A stretch of 64,000 nucleotides of DNA from Tubiluchus corallicola (taxonomy: Eukaryota; Animalia; Priapulida): positions 186,001 to 250,000 of the forward strand of contig JAQGDQ010000221.1 in assembly GCA_030141605.1 (NCBI GenBank). The letters run 5' to 3'. Under the pieces are notes generated by a model. That model was given only the letters and a program-made list of their open reading frames with translations. It was not told where the DNA came from and searched no databases. Positions 39,700-51,300 of the stretch are shown piece by piece; position 1 is the stretch's first letter, and each line of letters opens with the position of its first letter. A program made the translations under genes and the position numbers.

Positions 39700-40900
39700 C
39701 CTTTGACATAGCAAAGCTGCATTAGATAAAGGAATTCATCCACTTCCAGTCATCGATTATGTGCTGCCATAACTAGCCAAGCTCAGATGTTTTCGAAATT
39801 TGACAAGAAAAATGGCTATTGGCATTGTGTATTAAACCTTGAATCAAGCTTGCTGACTACTTTTTAAGCACCTTTCAGTAGATATAAGTGGATAAGGCCT
39901 CCCTTCGGTTTGTCAGTGTCGAGTAAAATTTTTCAAAAGAAATTACACCAGACGTTAGATGGTCTTCATAATGTGATATCTATCTTAGACGATGTCATGC
40001 TGTACGGAGTTGGGGACACTGATGAACAAGCACTTGTTGATTATGATGTACATCCAGTGCAGCAAAGATAAATGCAGAAAGTTGCCATGAGGAAATCTGA
40101 AATAATGTTCCTAGGTCACAAGATTGGAAAAGATGGTCTTCTTGTTGACAATTCAAACATTGAAGCCATGATGAGAATGAAACCAACAAGTAATGTGACT
40201 GAAACACAGAGGCTTACAGGCGTGGTGAATTATTTGACAAGATTCCTGCCTAAATTATCTGAAATGCTAGAGGCAATAGGAAAGCTTACTGTGAAAAATG
40301 CTGAATGTTCTTGGGGCAAAGAACAAGATGAAGCTTTGTAAACTGTGAAACATTTAGTTACTACTGCTCCAGTATTAGCTTTTTATGACCCGAATAAACC
40401 TTTAATGATCCAGTGTGACGCCAGTCAGTCAGGCTTGCGTAGTGTCTTACTCAGTTCCTTCTGACATAAAGAAAACGGGCAATGCAGTTCAAAACAGACA
40501 GCAATCTCAGACACAAAGTACAATATCATCCAATCAGTTTCATATATATATATATATATAAATCAGTGGTGCAGTTCGAGATACACATGAAGCAGGTCAA
40601 CAAGGTATGGAAATCACAAGCTGGTCAAATTCTTAATTGTGCGGCGCGCAGCTAAGAATGAAATTGATGATGGTGCCCAAAAAGTGCAAGAATGATCAAC
40701 AATTCAATCGTGTAACATACAACTTTATGAGGAGCATCCTGGAAATGAAGCATGTATCAGTTTTAAAAACTGTCTAATCTAAACCACAAAAACTATTAAA
40801 CTAAATGGGCGCAACTCAATCTAACAGCAGTGGTCTGTATTTCTTTCTGAAAGATGTCAAGCCTTGCATAGCACCAAGAAAAGATTTATAAAAAGGGGAA
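39700..40900 (+). mobile_element. Decayed Ty3/gypsy pol fragment (RT and RNase H start, deleted integrase) ending in a polypurine tract
   Basis: HPLPVID..FSKFD.KNGYWH..LLTTF..RYKWIR.PFGLS..FQ..LDDV..FLGH..GVVNYLTRFLP..FYDPNKPLMIQCDASQSGL with stops and frameshifts; AAAAGGGGAAAGA at 40891. Confidence 0.88.
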
Positions 40901-40904
40901 AGAC

Positions 40905-41112
40905 TGGTGTTTAGACTTCAAATCCTTATCTAGAGTGTACGGCACTATATTGGTACAAACTATGTTTGCAAACGTAGTGTACCGCTGGCTGGTGAGTGTC
41001 TGCTACAGTTTCAAGTTGTTGAACTCTTAAAATTATGTTATAAAACATCATTTTACTTAATTTCTAGTTACGTGTTTATGGTTTTATAATACAACATGGT
41101 GGTTGCAGTGGT
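40905..41112 (+). mobile_element. Short LTR (~190 bp) followed by PBS-like sequence
   Basis: TG..CA ends (TGGTGT ... ACAACA) directly after a PPT and directly before TGGTGGTTGCAGTGG, which resembles a tRNA-Leu PBS (TGGTGGCAGCGG). Confidence 0.6.
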
Positions 41113-41304
41113 TGATTTCAGCAAACCAGTGGAGAACTATCAAGTTTAAACAACATTACTGTGTAAACCACTCGTGTTACTTTCCTAGTGTCTGTACGTG
41201 CAACCATTATTAGTTTTGTTACTGCTACAGCATAATACTGTGCAATGGCAAACGCAGTAGGGTTAAATCCACAAAAACAAATAAATAATTAACGCAAAAT
41301 GGGA

Positions 41305-42480
41305 TTATCAAATATCAAACGCTTTTACTGTGTTAAATGGGGTGTGGCAAGGTGATCTTCTCTCTCCCAGCCTCTCCCACATATTCAGATGATCTGCTGT
41401 GGTTGCTACTTTAGCAATGTTTACACTGGCTCAGTCAGCTACACTGACGATTTAACAATTTTAGCGCCTAGCGCAAAGGCATTGCAAAAGTTGCTCCTGA
41501 TTTGTGAAGAATATGCCAATGAGTGCGACATAAATTTTGTTAATATACAGGGCAATAAAATTACAAGTAAATGCATTAGATTTACACCATTTAAAGAAAA
41601 AAATTTAGCCATGTATAATGCTTTGCGGCACCCCTCTCACTTGGTCTGACGCGGTCGTCCATTTTGGTCATACTTTGTCCTTTGATCTCTCTGATGATAC
41701 TGACATTTTACGTAAAAGAGCAGATTTTGTGTACCGTGCAAACAGCATTATTTGTAACTTTGGTTTTGCAAAGAGCCAAATCAAAACAAAAATTTTCATG
41801 ACTTACTGTTACAGTTTCTATGAAGCCAAGCATGGCGTCTAGATAATTGTAATTTAAAATTCATCGACATTTCCTGAAATATTGCTGTGCGTAAGTTAAG
41901 GTGTCTCCCATATTGAGCGCACAGTTATATATTACCTTACATTCCCAATATTGTACATCCAAGTCAACAGTTTGTCAAGCGTTTTATTAAATACTATTTT
42001 AATTGTAAACAATGTAGTAACACAAATGTTAAGTTTGTGACACACTAAGCTTTGTTTACTGTTAAATCAGCAACGGGTTTTAATTTACGACATATATGTT
42101 GCACATTGAACTGTAGTAGTTATCACTCAGAAAATGGATGTAATTTTTTGGCAATGAGATCAGTGAGGAAAAAGGCTTTGAGGAAACCAACAGGTAATTG
42201 TTAATATGGCTAGAGAATGCGTCGAAGGCTTAGAATGTAAAGATTTTGATGTTTTAAACATAGCATAGCTGCAATCAATTGTACATTACATTGTAACATG
42301 TTAATTTGCAAGAAACTGTACTGCTTATATATTTTATCAAAAATACTCGGCGCATTAACCCTTTTTACTATCTTTGCGTTGTTTTTTTAGTAATCATGTA
42401 AATAATCTTGACTGCTAACACTTTTATGAATTACTTATGTAAAGTATATTCGAAATAAAATGATGTTAACAATAATAAAA
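41305..42480 (+). mobile_element. 5'-truncated, decayed LINE (CR1/L2-group-like RT C-terminal half plus 3' UTR)
   Basis: NGVWQGDLLSP, YTDDLTILAPSAKALQKLL.ICEEYA, HFGH..DLSDDTDI..YRANSI..TYCYSFY; ends with AATAAA and an AAT-rich tail at ~42455-42480. Confidence 0.85.
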
Positions 42481-42484
42481 CTTT

Positions 42485-42960
42485 CTGCAGGCAGAACAAC
42501 AAGGAAGAATAGAAACGTTCAAACAAGATTTCAAATATTTTACACTAACTGCAAATTTCAAAAATAAGCTCGATGAAGAAAAAGTTGTTTTCCTGATTAA
42601 CCTAGGTGGCGAAGAATTGGAGCAAATTTATAGAGGTTTTAGACGGACCCAGTCACAGACGCCATTCCTGACCAATCAATTATGAGTGTGGTAGCAAAAT
42701 TTGATGAATATTTCTGTGCAAAAAATGCTCTCAGTGCTAAAAAATTAGTAAGTGTACAGCAGCAACAAAGACGAAACAATTGACTCTTTCTTGACCCAAC
42801 TTGACTGGACTGCAATTTCGACAATGAAAAAGACAGCATTTTACACGATAGACTAATCTTCGGTTTTAATGACATCAGTCTTTGCTAAAAAAAAATTTCA
42901 AAAAGGAGTTGTTTTGATCGCGTTGTGAAGATTGCGGCACACAGCAAATGGCTGTCACAC
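42485..42960 (+). mobile_element. Decayed Ty3/gypsy gag fragment
   Basis: FKQDFKYF..KLDEEKVVFLINLGGEELEQIY..KFDEYF..DCNF..ILHDRLIFG resembles the gypsy gag N-terminus. Confidence 0.7.
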
Positions 42961-45184
42961 TTAGCAGCATGCCGTGACGATAACGAATTGTATATGCAGG
43001 CTACAGAAGACTAGACCAAACTAGGCAGATGATGCCATCTGTCATGAATCAGCTAAATATTCGCGAGAAATGTAGGGAACAACACTTTTCTTCTTTTTTT
43101 GTTAATGTGGAATTATTTGGCAAGCAGGCGGAGGATTTGGGTCTATTTTTAGCAGACGGAAAAAACCGCTTTTGAGTTAAATTTTTTACAGAGTTTGGTG
43201 ATATTTTGTATCTTTATGAGTTATAATAAAAGCATTTATAGTTCTCATTAATCCATGTGTCTGATGCATCTGTTTTGGCCTGGCTGCGTTTGTTGTTTGC
43301 AGATTGTCTGTTTTGTTTGAAACAAGCGCTTACCTGGATATCAGATGGGCGATGCCCATTTCCCCCCTCGCAAAGGTAAAGTTTTTTGTTACATTTAATC
43401 ATCAATGACCAATGGGAGAAGTGCTACTCGGAACGTAAAAGAAGGGCATTTTCTATACCATCTACATGCAGTGGTGACGGCATGAAGAAAAAACCCACAT
43501 CAGTGACTGAATCGTATTCGGTTAAACCAAGACTGAAACTGTGCAAGACGGCGACTTTTGTGGCAGAAAACATGTTTGGGATAAAGATCATTACCCAGCA
43601 TTCAGAAAAAAGTGTAAAAGTGTTTTGGCTTCAACCATTTCGCAAACAAGTGTAGATATAGACAGTGATGGGCTTTACTTTATGGACTTACTATTAACAA
43701 GCATTGGTGAACTATTAGATTATTTTTATTTCGTTAGCCAAAAGTAATTTTTGGGTACTGTTTGTAACATTTGAAGATATTTCCAACCTGTAAATTTTGA
43801 GTTGCGTAGCAATACATGTTTATTGAACTGGTACCCGGGTACAAATTAACTGCTGTCACTTGGTTTGAACTAATTTTATATTATCAACATTTATGAATAT
43901 TAAAGCTTTATCTTATCATAAAACTGCATAAAATTAGTTTCACGTTTTGTGTTCTAGGAATATGTTGAGTAAAAACTGAGTAGTATGACACACGCTACCA
44001 AACAATAAGAGCGCTGATTGCTCATACTTGATTGTGAGATCCGCCCCACATTACAGACAGAATGAGCCACGTAATAAAAATCAGACAATAACAATTAACA
44101 GCAAAGCCATACAACAGAATTGTAAATACTGTGCAAGAGTCAGACAGCAAATCGTCGGGTGAAATTGTAATGTAGTGACGCATGTAAAGCCATAACTCTT
44201 ATACGTAACAATACAGCAGTTTATTAATAACATATATTAATAATAGTGAAATAACTTGCCTAGTTTTAATATAACACACTGAATATCTTACACTAGCCAT
44301 ACATAAATCTATTAACCATACATTTCACAAAATAACGTAGATGCGGAAATGCATCTTAAAATAATCTTTGCTATGTACAGTAATACTTGATTTAATAAGG
44401 CCATGTTATTCAAATATGGTGTTTACTCTCCCAATTCGAATGATTTATTGTCTTGCAATAAATGATCCACAGACGTGAAACAGCAGATCTAGGTTTGCTT
44501 TGCTTGTAGAAAAGTTTAGAAGAGTGGCGGCTTGTGAATAGGTAATGTGGTACTGCAGCACCCCCTATTTTCACTCAACATTATCGACAATAATCAATAT
44601 AATAAGTTGTTTTTCTTTAATTCTTCCTTTACATCTGTATGGTCCCGAATATGTGAGGTTAATACTGTCTGTTTCACAGTCCAAGTAATGTGGTGTTTGG
44701 CTGTTGTGCGCATGCGGCCATGCGCTCATGTCTGAGATAAGACGTTGCACTTTAGGTAGAAAGAGTACTATCGCTCGTACAGTGTGTTGTCAGTTGTCAC
44801 GTGCTTAAAAACCGTGTACCGGCATATTTGTGAAACTGCGACAATTTAGACTATTCGTAAGCAAACAATATTTTTTGTTTAGGGTTTTATCAAGTTTATG
44901 TATAAATTTTCGTGTGATTGTTTGTTTAAAATTACAATTACAAATTATAACATTAAAATTACATTACGTTTGTTTCGCTTTTGTTACTCACTGATCGTTA
45001 TGAAGCACCAGTATGACTTGATATTAGCTAAATTGTAAACAGCTCTCTAGTGGTGTATGTATCCGTGCACCAAAAAAGCAATTTTAGACCACAATTATAG
45101 AAATCGCCAAGATTACATGAATTTTTTGAAAAGTGGAAAAATGCACCATGAAAAATATATCACGAGGGGCCTCACAAATTCCAT

Positions 45185-45377
45185 TCAAGGAATTGCCATC
45201 ATGTCTAACAGGAAATTTATTTTCTGGTTTAGCCACTGTCTCTGCTTTGTCCGAAGTCCGGTTATCAAGGTTGGCGGCAACTGCGAATACCCGTTAATGC
45301 AGCCGAGGAGAGCTCCGGCGATAGCTGCATTTGTGTTAGCATCTCCACCTCTCATGATGACATCAACAACTGTTGAT
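45185..45377 (-). CDS. ARH terminal exon (GGDANT motif)
   Basis: STVVDVIMRGGDANTNAAIAGALLGCINGYSQLP...DMMAIP*. Confidence 0.92.
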
Positions 45378-48300
45378 CTATAGCAAATGTATGTGCAATT
45401 ATTCCCTAATCAAACTAACAAGCATTTAATGTCAAATTATATAGCTCAAGGATATAAAGTTTTACCGTCCAGGGATTAAAAATCGTCCTAAATAGAACAC
45501 ATGTAGCACAATTAGTGATCTGTGATTATGGAAATCTGCAAGTCAAATGATGTACAACGAATTTAAAGCAAAACCGGACCCAATCTTAAACTCTCGGTCA
45601 AAACAATCTACTCTTTAAAATATTGAAAGGAAGCATCCTATTTTTTTTAAAACTGACTTACGTGAAAGAGGTATTACCACACAAACTTAATTTCGCATTT
45701 GCGCCACTAGTTCCTCGCTGTTACATGCATTTCACTATTCGCTAGTTAGATGGGCATTAACGCCTGTATTTTGGAAAAGCACTGCACAAAAAAGAGGTGC
45801 TGTAGCTCTCAGTTCAGATGCATTAGTTTGTGACAAATTGCACACGTTTGACAGCTTATGTGTGAGCACAGTGGTGAAATTGAAATTGAATTTTTATCTA
45901 AAAACTTGCCTAGTTTTAGTACAACACACTGAATATCTTACAGCAGCACCGCACTTCAATTTTCGCTTTTGCAAACACGTGCAACACACTCGTTGAATAT
46001 TTTTGCTGTTGAAAATTATGTTAGTTTGTGATGTCGTCAATAGTTGGGCAATAGTTAACAAAAAACAGCTTTAATACTAAAAGACAGATGCACAGCATAT
46101 TGCCTTAAATGCTAAACGTATGACGTATTCCAGCAATATAGCTTACCTAAAATCTTTTCTATTTCGCAGTGCAATCACTCCGACAGATAATGGTTTCAGG
46201 ACGAATGAAAGTTTGCTTGGTTCAAGAATGTTCACGCTAAAATCGGAAAAATTTGTTTAGCTTTCTCAGGAAAATCTGTGGCTCTGTGTTGCACAAAATC
46301 ATGGGCTTTTTGTTCATTAATTAATTTCATCTGACAGGAACAAAATTGCTAAAAAATTTAACAAATTACACTCTAACCTCGTTATAATGCCAGATCTGGA
46401 ATACCACTAAATATGGTGCACTATATCAAAGCCATTCCAGTCCGTAACCTCTATTTTGTTTCCTAGTTCATTTTAATATGTCATAAATAATATAATATTG
46501 TCATACCTACAACATCACATGGGTTATACAGTAAATTTTTGCTGCATTAACAAAATCAATGCAGCTGTATAATGCTGTCTCCTGATAAGGGAAATGTGCA
46601 GGCACGCAGCCCACCCATGCTCCCAATGCAACATTACGTTGTACTTTATCTTGGATGATATTATAATGGGGTAAATTTATTATGTAATATGGACTTTCGG
46701 CACAGCAGATACATTGGCGGACAGAGGCTATTTTACATGTAGAGGTCATAATTGCTGTTTTACCTTAGAAATAACATTAGGAGTTAATTGATATGTACGT
46801 AATGGATAGTACGAAACACGCTCAATACGAAAATATATCTGGGTCCCATGAAAATCGTAAAATCGGGATTCGACTGCACGTTCGAAAAATATTTTTACAT
46901 TGTGTAACCAGTTCAATTTTATCACATTTGGTACAACAATGTCCAATCTAAATTGGAAAAATTTTGATAACGACAAAAATTTTAAACAAAGATGGTACAA
47001 CTTCGAGCAATCTTTGAGTACAGTAGTAACAAAATTGTAACAACTGTTGTATAGTAAGTGAGCAAAACAAACCTGTCAAAACTCTTCAAGTTCATATAAT
47101 GTTCAAATTCCTTCTTTTGCTTGAAGTGGGTCAAAAGGTCAATTCCTCGGTGTTTAATGGAAGACAAGAACTGTTCCACTGAGGAAGCACTCGACATGTC
47201 GTGGTCACCCTGTAGCAGCACAGCAACCATCATGGCGACACAAGTAGCTGCAGCAACGCACCGGGGATCAGCGTGGGTGGACTTGCAGATTCGGGCGGCA
47301 TTTTCCGAAATTTCGTCAAGGTTGTGAAAATGAGGAATTCCTACAGAAGCAACTCACTTGGTCACAAAATAAAGATAGAAGAAAATTAAAATTATTGCAC
47401 TATATTAGAGTTAAAGTATTAATCAAATTTTGATAAAGAGTTAATTTGATTACATTAAAACTTTAACATGCTAACATGACAATGTCAATGTCACGTACCA
47501 ATGCCACAGCATTATGTAATTATTTTATTTAAATGCATATAAAAGTGGTAACTTTAATGGAAAAATCGTCCTGTATGCCTATGCGCATAGAAAAGAGTTA
47601 CTCTGGTGCAGTATCGCAAATCAAACTCAGGCTGATTCTTAGAAAATATTCGCTTATCTTTATCCCATCATGTCAAAAAAGGAAAGTCTGGCTCGGGGAC
47701 GCAAAAAACGTGTACAATTTGTGGCTTCACCCATGTAACAAATGATCAAAATGTTAAAAGGGCAGGGCGCCAGAAGTTTTTTTGGCCCCGGTTGCCACAA
47801 GCACTAGCTGTGCCACTCATAATACCTTGCTACCATTACTCTTATTTTTGTGCCCCTAGCAGAAAGTCATATTACACCACGCATTCAACCATTTGCTTAC
47901 CTAGTATCAATGATCTCACTAAAGCTGCATTGTCACATAAATCAAAGTTATCATCAGCAACAGGTATATCTATGCCAGAAGCACAACCATTGCCAAACGG
48001 TCTAGCATTGATAACTTGCTCAGCTACTAAGTGGGGCTTCTGTAAAAAATCTTCATTTTCCAGAACCTGTAATGAGAAAAATTGAAGAGAAATAGATGCG
48101 GTCAAGTGAGGGCAGTACACGATTCATTATCTACCTTTGGCAGGGCAGTTACAGTTTGGTCAATATTATGTGGCTAGTACTAGTAAGGAACTAATAGTTT
48201 AGTTTACCTGCAAACTCAAAACAGTAAAACAGGTAACTCTAGATACCAGCATGTAAGTTTAAACTGTGACGCAGAAGTAAAAGACTCCACCGAAATTGAT

Positions 48301-51300
48301 TAGCATTGACTGTGGGGCAACGCTGAAATTGCGTATCACCTGACGAAAATCGTGTAGCATTTTGTAATGTGACCAGGAATGTTACCGAAACGAAAATTTT
48401 CGATTTGCCGATAATTCAGTGTTTCGATTTGCCGATAACTGCACTTTCGGATGAGTTTCATTTTCATTGAAAATTATTACGTTTCGTGGCCAAAATAATC
48501 GGTAGCATTTTTTCGAGGTTTTAGTTGTATTTATCCAGCTTGTATCCAGCTCAAAAAATGTTGGCTAAAATAGTTCAAATAAAGCATAAATATAGTTTAC
48601 TTAACTTTTTGTACCATTTGTAGCATGCTTTTTATGGGCTTTCTAGTTAAGATTTTTTGCCTAGCTACTTCACCAAGTGTGTATCAAAGCAAATATAAGC
48701 AAACAAGCAAAAGCAAAATATTTCATTTATTTCAGAATTTTTTTAGTTTTGATAGTTAGTTTTGCAAAAATTATTTCAGTTCGGTTTTGTTTCGATATCG
48801 GTTTCCTGTGTTTCAACAATTTTGGATTCGGTTTGTAATTCAGTTTCGGTAACATCCCCGAACGCGACACCGGAAAAATTCAGCTCTCATAAGGTAAACA
48901 ACTGCACATGAATTTACTTCCGTGAAAATTTCGTCATTTGTCCGTTCAACGAGTTATTCATGAAAATAACTTAAAGAAGTAGGCAAATAATAGACTCCCA
49001 AATTAAGAGAGCTAAGATCCATCTACCACTGAAATTATGGCAGCTTGTGCACATCCAGATTCGTTGAAACTTGAAATCTTTTTTTAATAAATGCCAGCCT
49101 GGAAAAAACACTGCACCACGTGTGAATGCCACCATGCGCAGTCGCGCACACCTATATCCATCAATTTTTCATGCTTATCATTATAAAACTCATAATTAAA
49201 TGTAAAACTACCAGTAGTTTATTTATTTTACAATCATCTTTGTTGCAAATAGAATTCAATATAAACTTGCGCACAATTTAATAGTCTTTACAAGAGCAAA
49301 ATTCATTTTAATTATTGAGTTCACAGCAGAAGGTCACAGATACTGAGATACATCAATACTAACAATGCATTAATTTTGAACAGACATTGTGACGAACCTA
49401 GTATGGCTGTCTATGGATCGAAAAACTGGTTAAATTCTTTATTTTTTAAGGTGTTTATGCAATTTATTTTCGTATTCTGCCTTTATGGCCTAACACTCAC
49501 ATTAATTTTCTGATACCACACCTGCACCAATTCCAGTCTGGTATAATGGATATTTTTACTCATTGTGTGCAAGCATGCTAGAGTGAAATATTTACATCAC
49601 TACATCGTCCTGCAAAATCGGGCAGGGAAGATTCAGTGTTGCAACAAAATATGGAAATCAATTTCATTACTTTGGAGCAAGAAGGTATTACTTTTCAAAT
49701 GTTTCATAAATCAAGTTAAACAACTTACCTTAGTAACAGTATTGCTGAAAACAATGCCCTCTGTATCGCCCAGCTCCGGATACCCATGCAAGCTCCAGTC
49801 ATGTAAGCGTTGAGCAAAATCCAGTTCATCCACAACACCGCCCCATTGTATCACAGAATCCAGAACCAGCATCTATTGAAATTTTGCATCAAGAAGTTTT
49901 GCACTTAATACTTTCAACATAAGTAAACTTGCCTTTTGTTTAAGCAATAGCCACAACCTTTTCATTTTATTTAACAGTCAAATACTGGGTCACGTGACAA
50001 ATTCTTTTGCTACTGCAAAGACAGCAAGTTCTGCAAGCAAGAGGTATGTCAGTGCATCAGTGAGCTAAAACAAACCGTAACTGCCACGTGATGTCATCCA
50101 CATTGTTCTTACACCATCTTGCATTTATAAAACACAGAGCTTTCAGAGTTCTACATTTTTCTGTAACCTTCGATTATGATCTTACATGGAACTTCTTCAA
50201 AGAAATCAATGGTTAACCTATCCAAAACGTGCATCCTAACTATTTGCCAACTACAGGGAAAAAAATAAACACACTTTCATCTGGACATGCATATAAATTA
50301 TCAGGAAATCTATATACAGTACGTCCTTGTTTAACGACTCCCTGTTTAGTGATGCTTCGTTTTAACAAAGCTGAACGTTTAATAACTTTTTCACTTAATG
50401 GCATGCGTTTTGTTTTAACGGTGATTTTTCTACTTTGCTTGAAGCCAATTTTTATTTTATCTGCAACTTTTTTACCTAATTTGATCCATTAAAACAGTAC
50501 AGATTGCATTATTCTGTTCTAAAAATGCATTAGTAACGTAAACAGTGCAATTATTATACAAGTATATGTTTTTGATGCCCGACTGACAACTAAATGCAAG
50601 AGGTTTGTCTCAATGGAATCCTGGGAGCAAACTTTACGCAAGGAATTTTACCGCCAACCTGTAAGCATCTAGATAAAATTCTCAAGGTTGCCTAGGGCTT
50701 GGGTTTGACTCTGAGGTTTTATGTTTACCGCTGCCTAGGCTTAAACGTTAAAGATAGAGAAACCGCTGGCTAGGTAAGTAAGATATGAGGATGGTTTCAA
50801 GCAAGAAGAAAGAGATTAATCAGTAGAAACATGAGTAAAACTTATAAAACGTTTAATTTATTTGATTTAACCAACTTTGATTTCTACCTCAAGAATGTAT
50901 CTCAATTCTTTTACATTACTTTCTATGGAAGTCTTGGCCTCGTTTAACGACATTTTGTCAGAACACATTAATGTTGTTAAGCGAGGACTTGCTGTATCGT
51001 AAACTTTGAGGACATATGAAAAATTATATATCATACACTTTCAAGTTTATGGTCCTATTCAGTTCACATAAACCTCTAAACAGGCAAAGGTGTCTCAGCC
51101 ACACTCATGTGAATAGCCAGGATCGGCATGACTCACAAAATCATGCATAAATACAGTAGGTGCCCCTTAATAGACTCTTTTTGGAACCGAATTGTTTTGA
51201 CCCAATTAACCAACTGAATCTATTAACTGATGGGTGTAGCATTATTGGCATACAAGAATGGATCATCAACTTACTATGCACTGCACAGATTCTTAATGAA

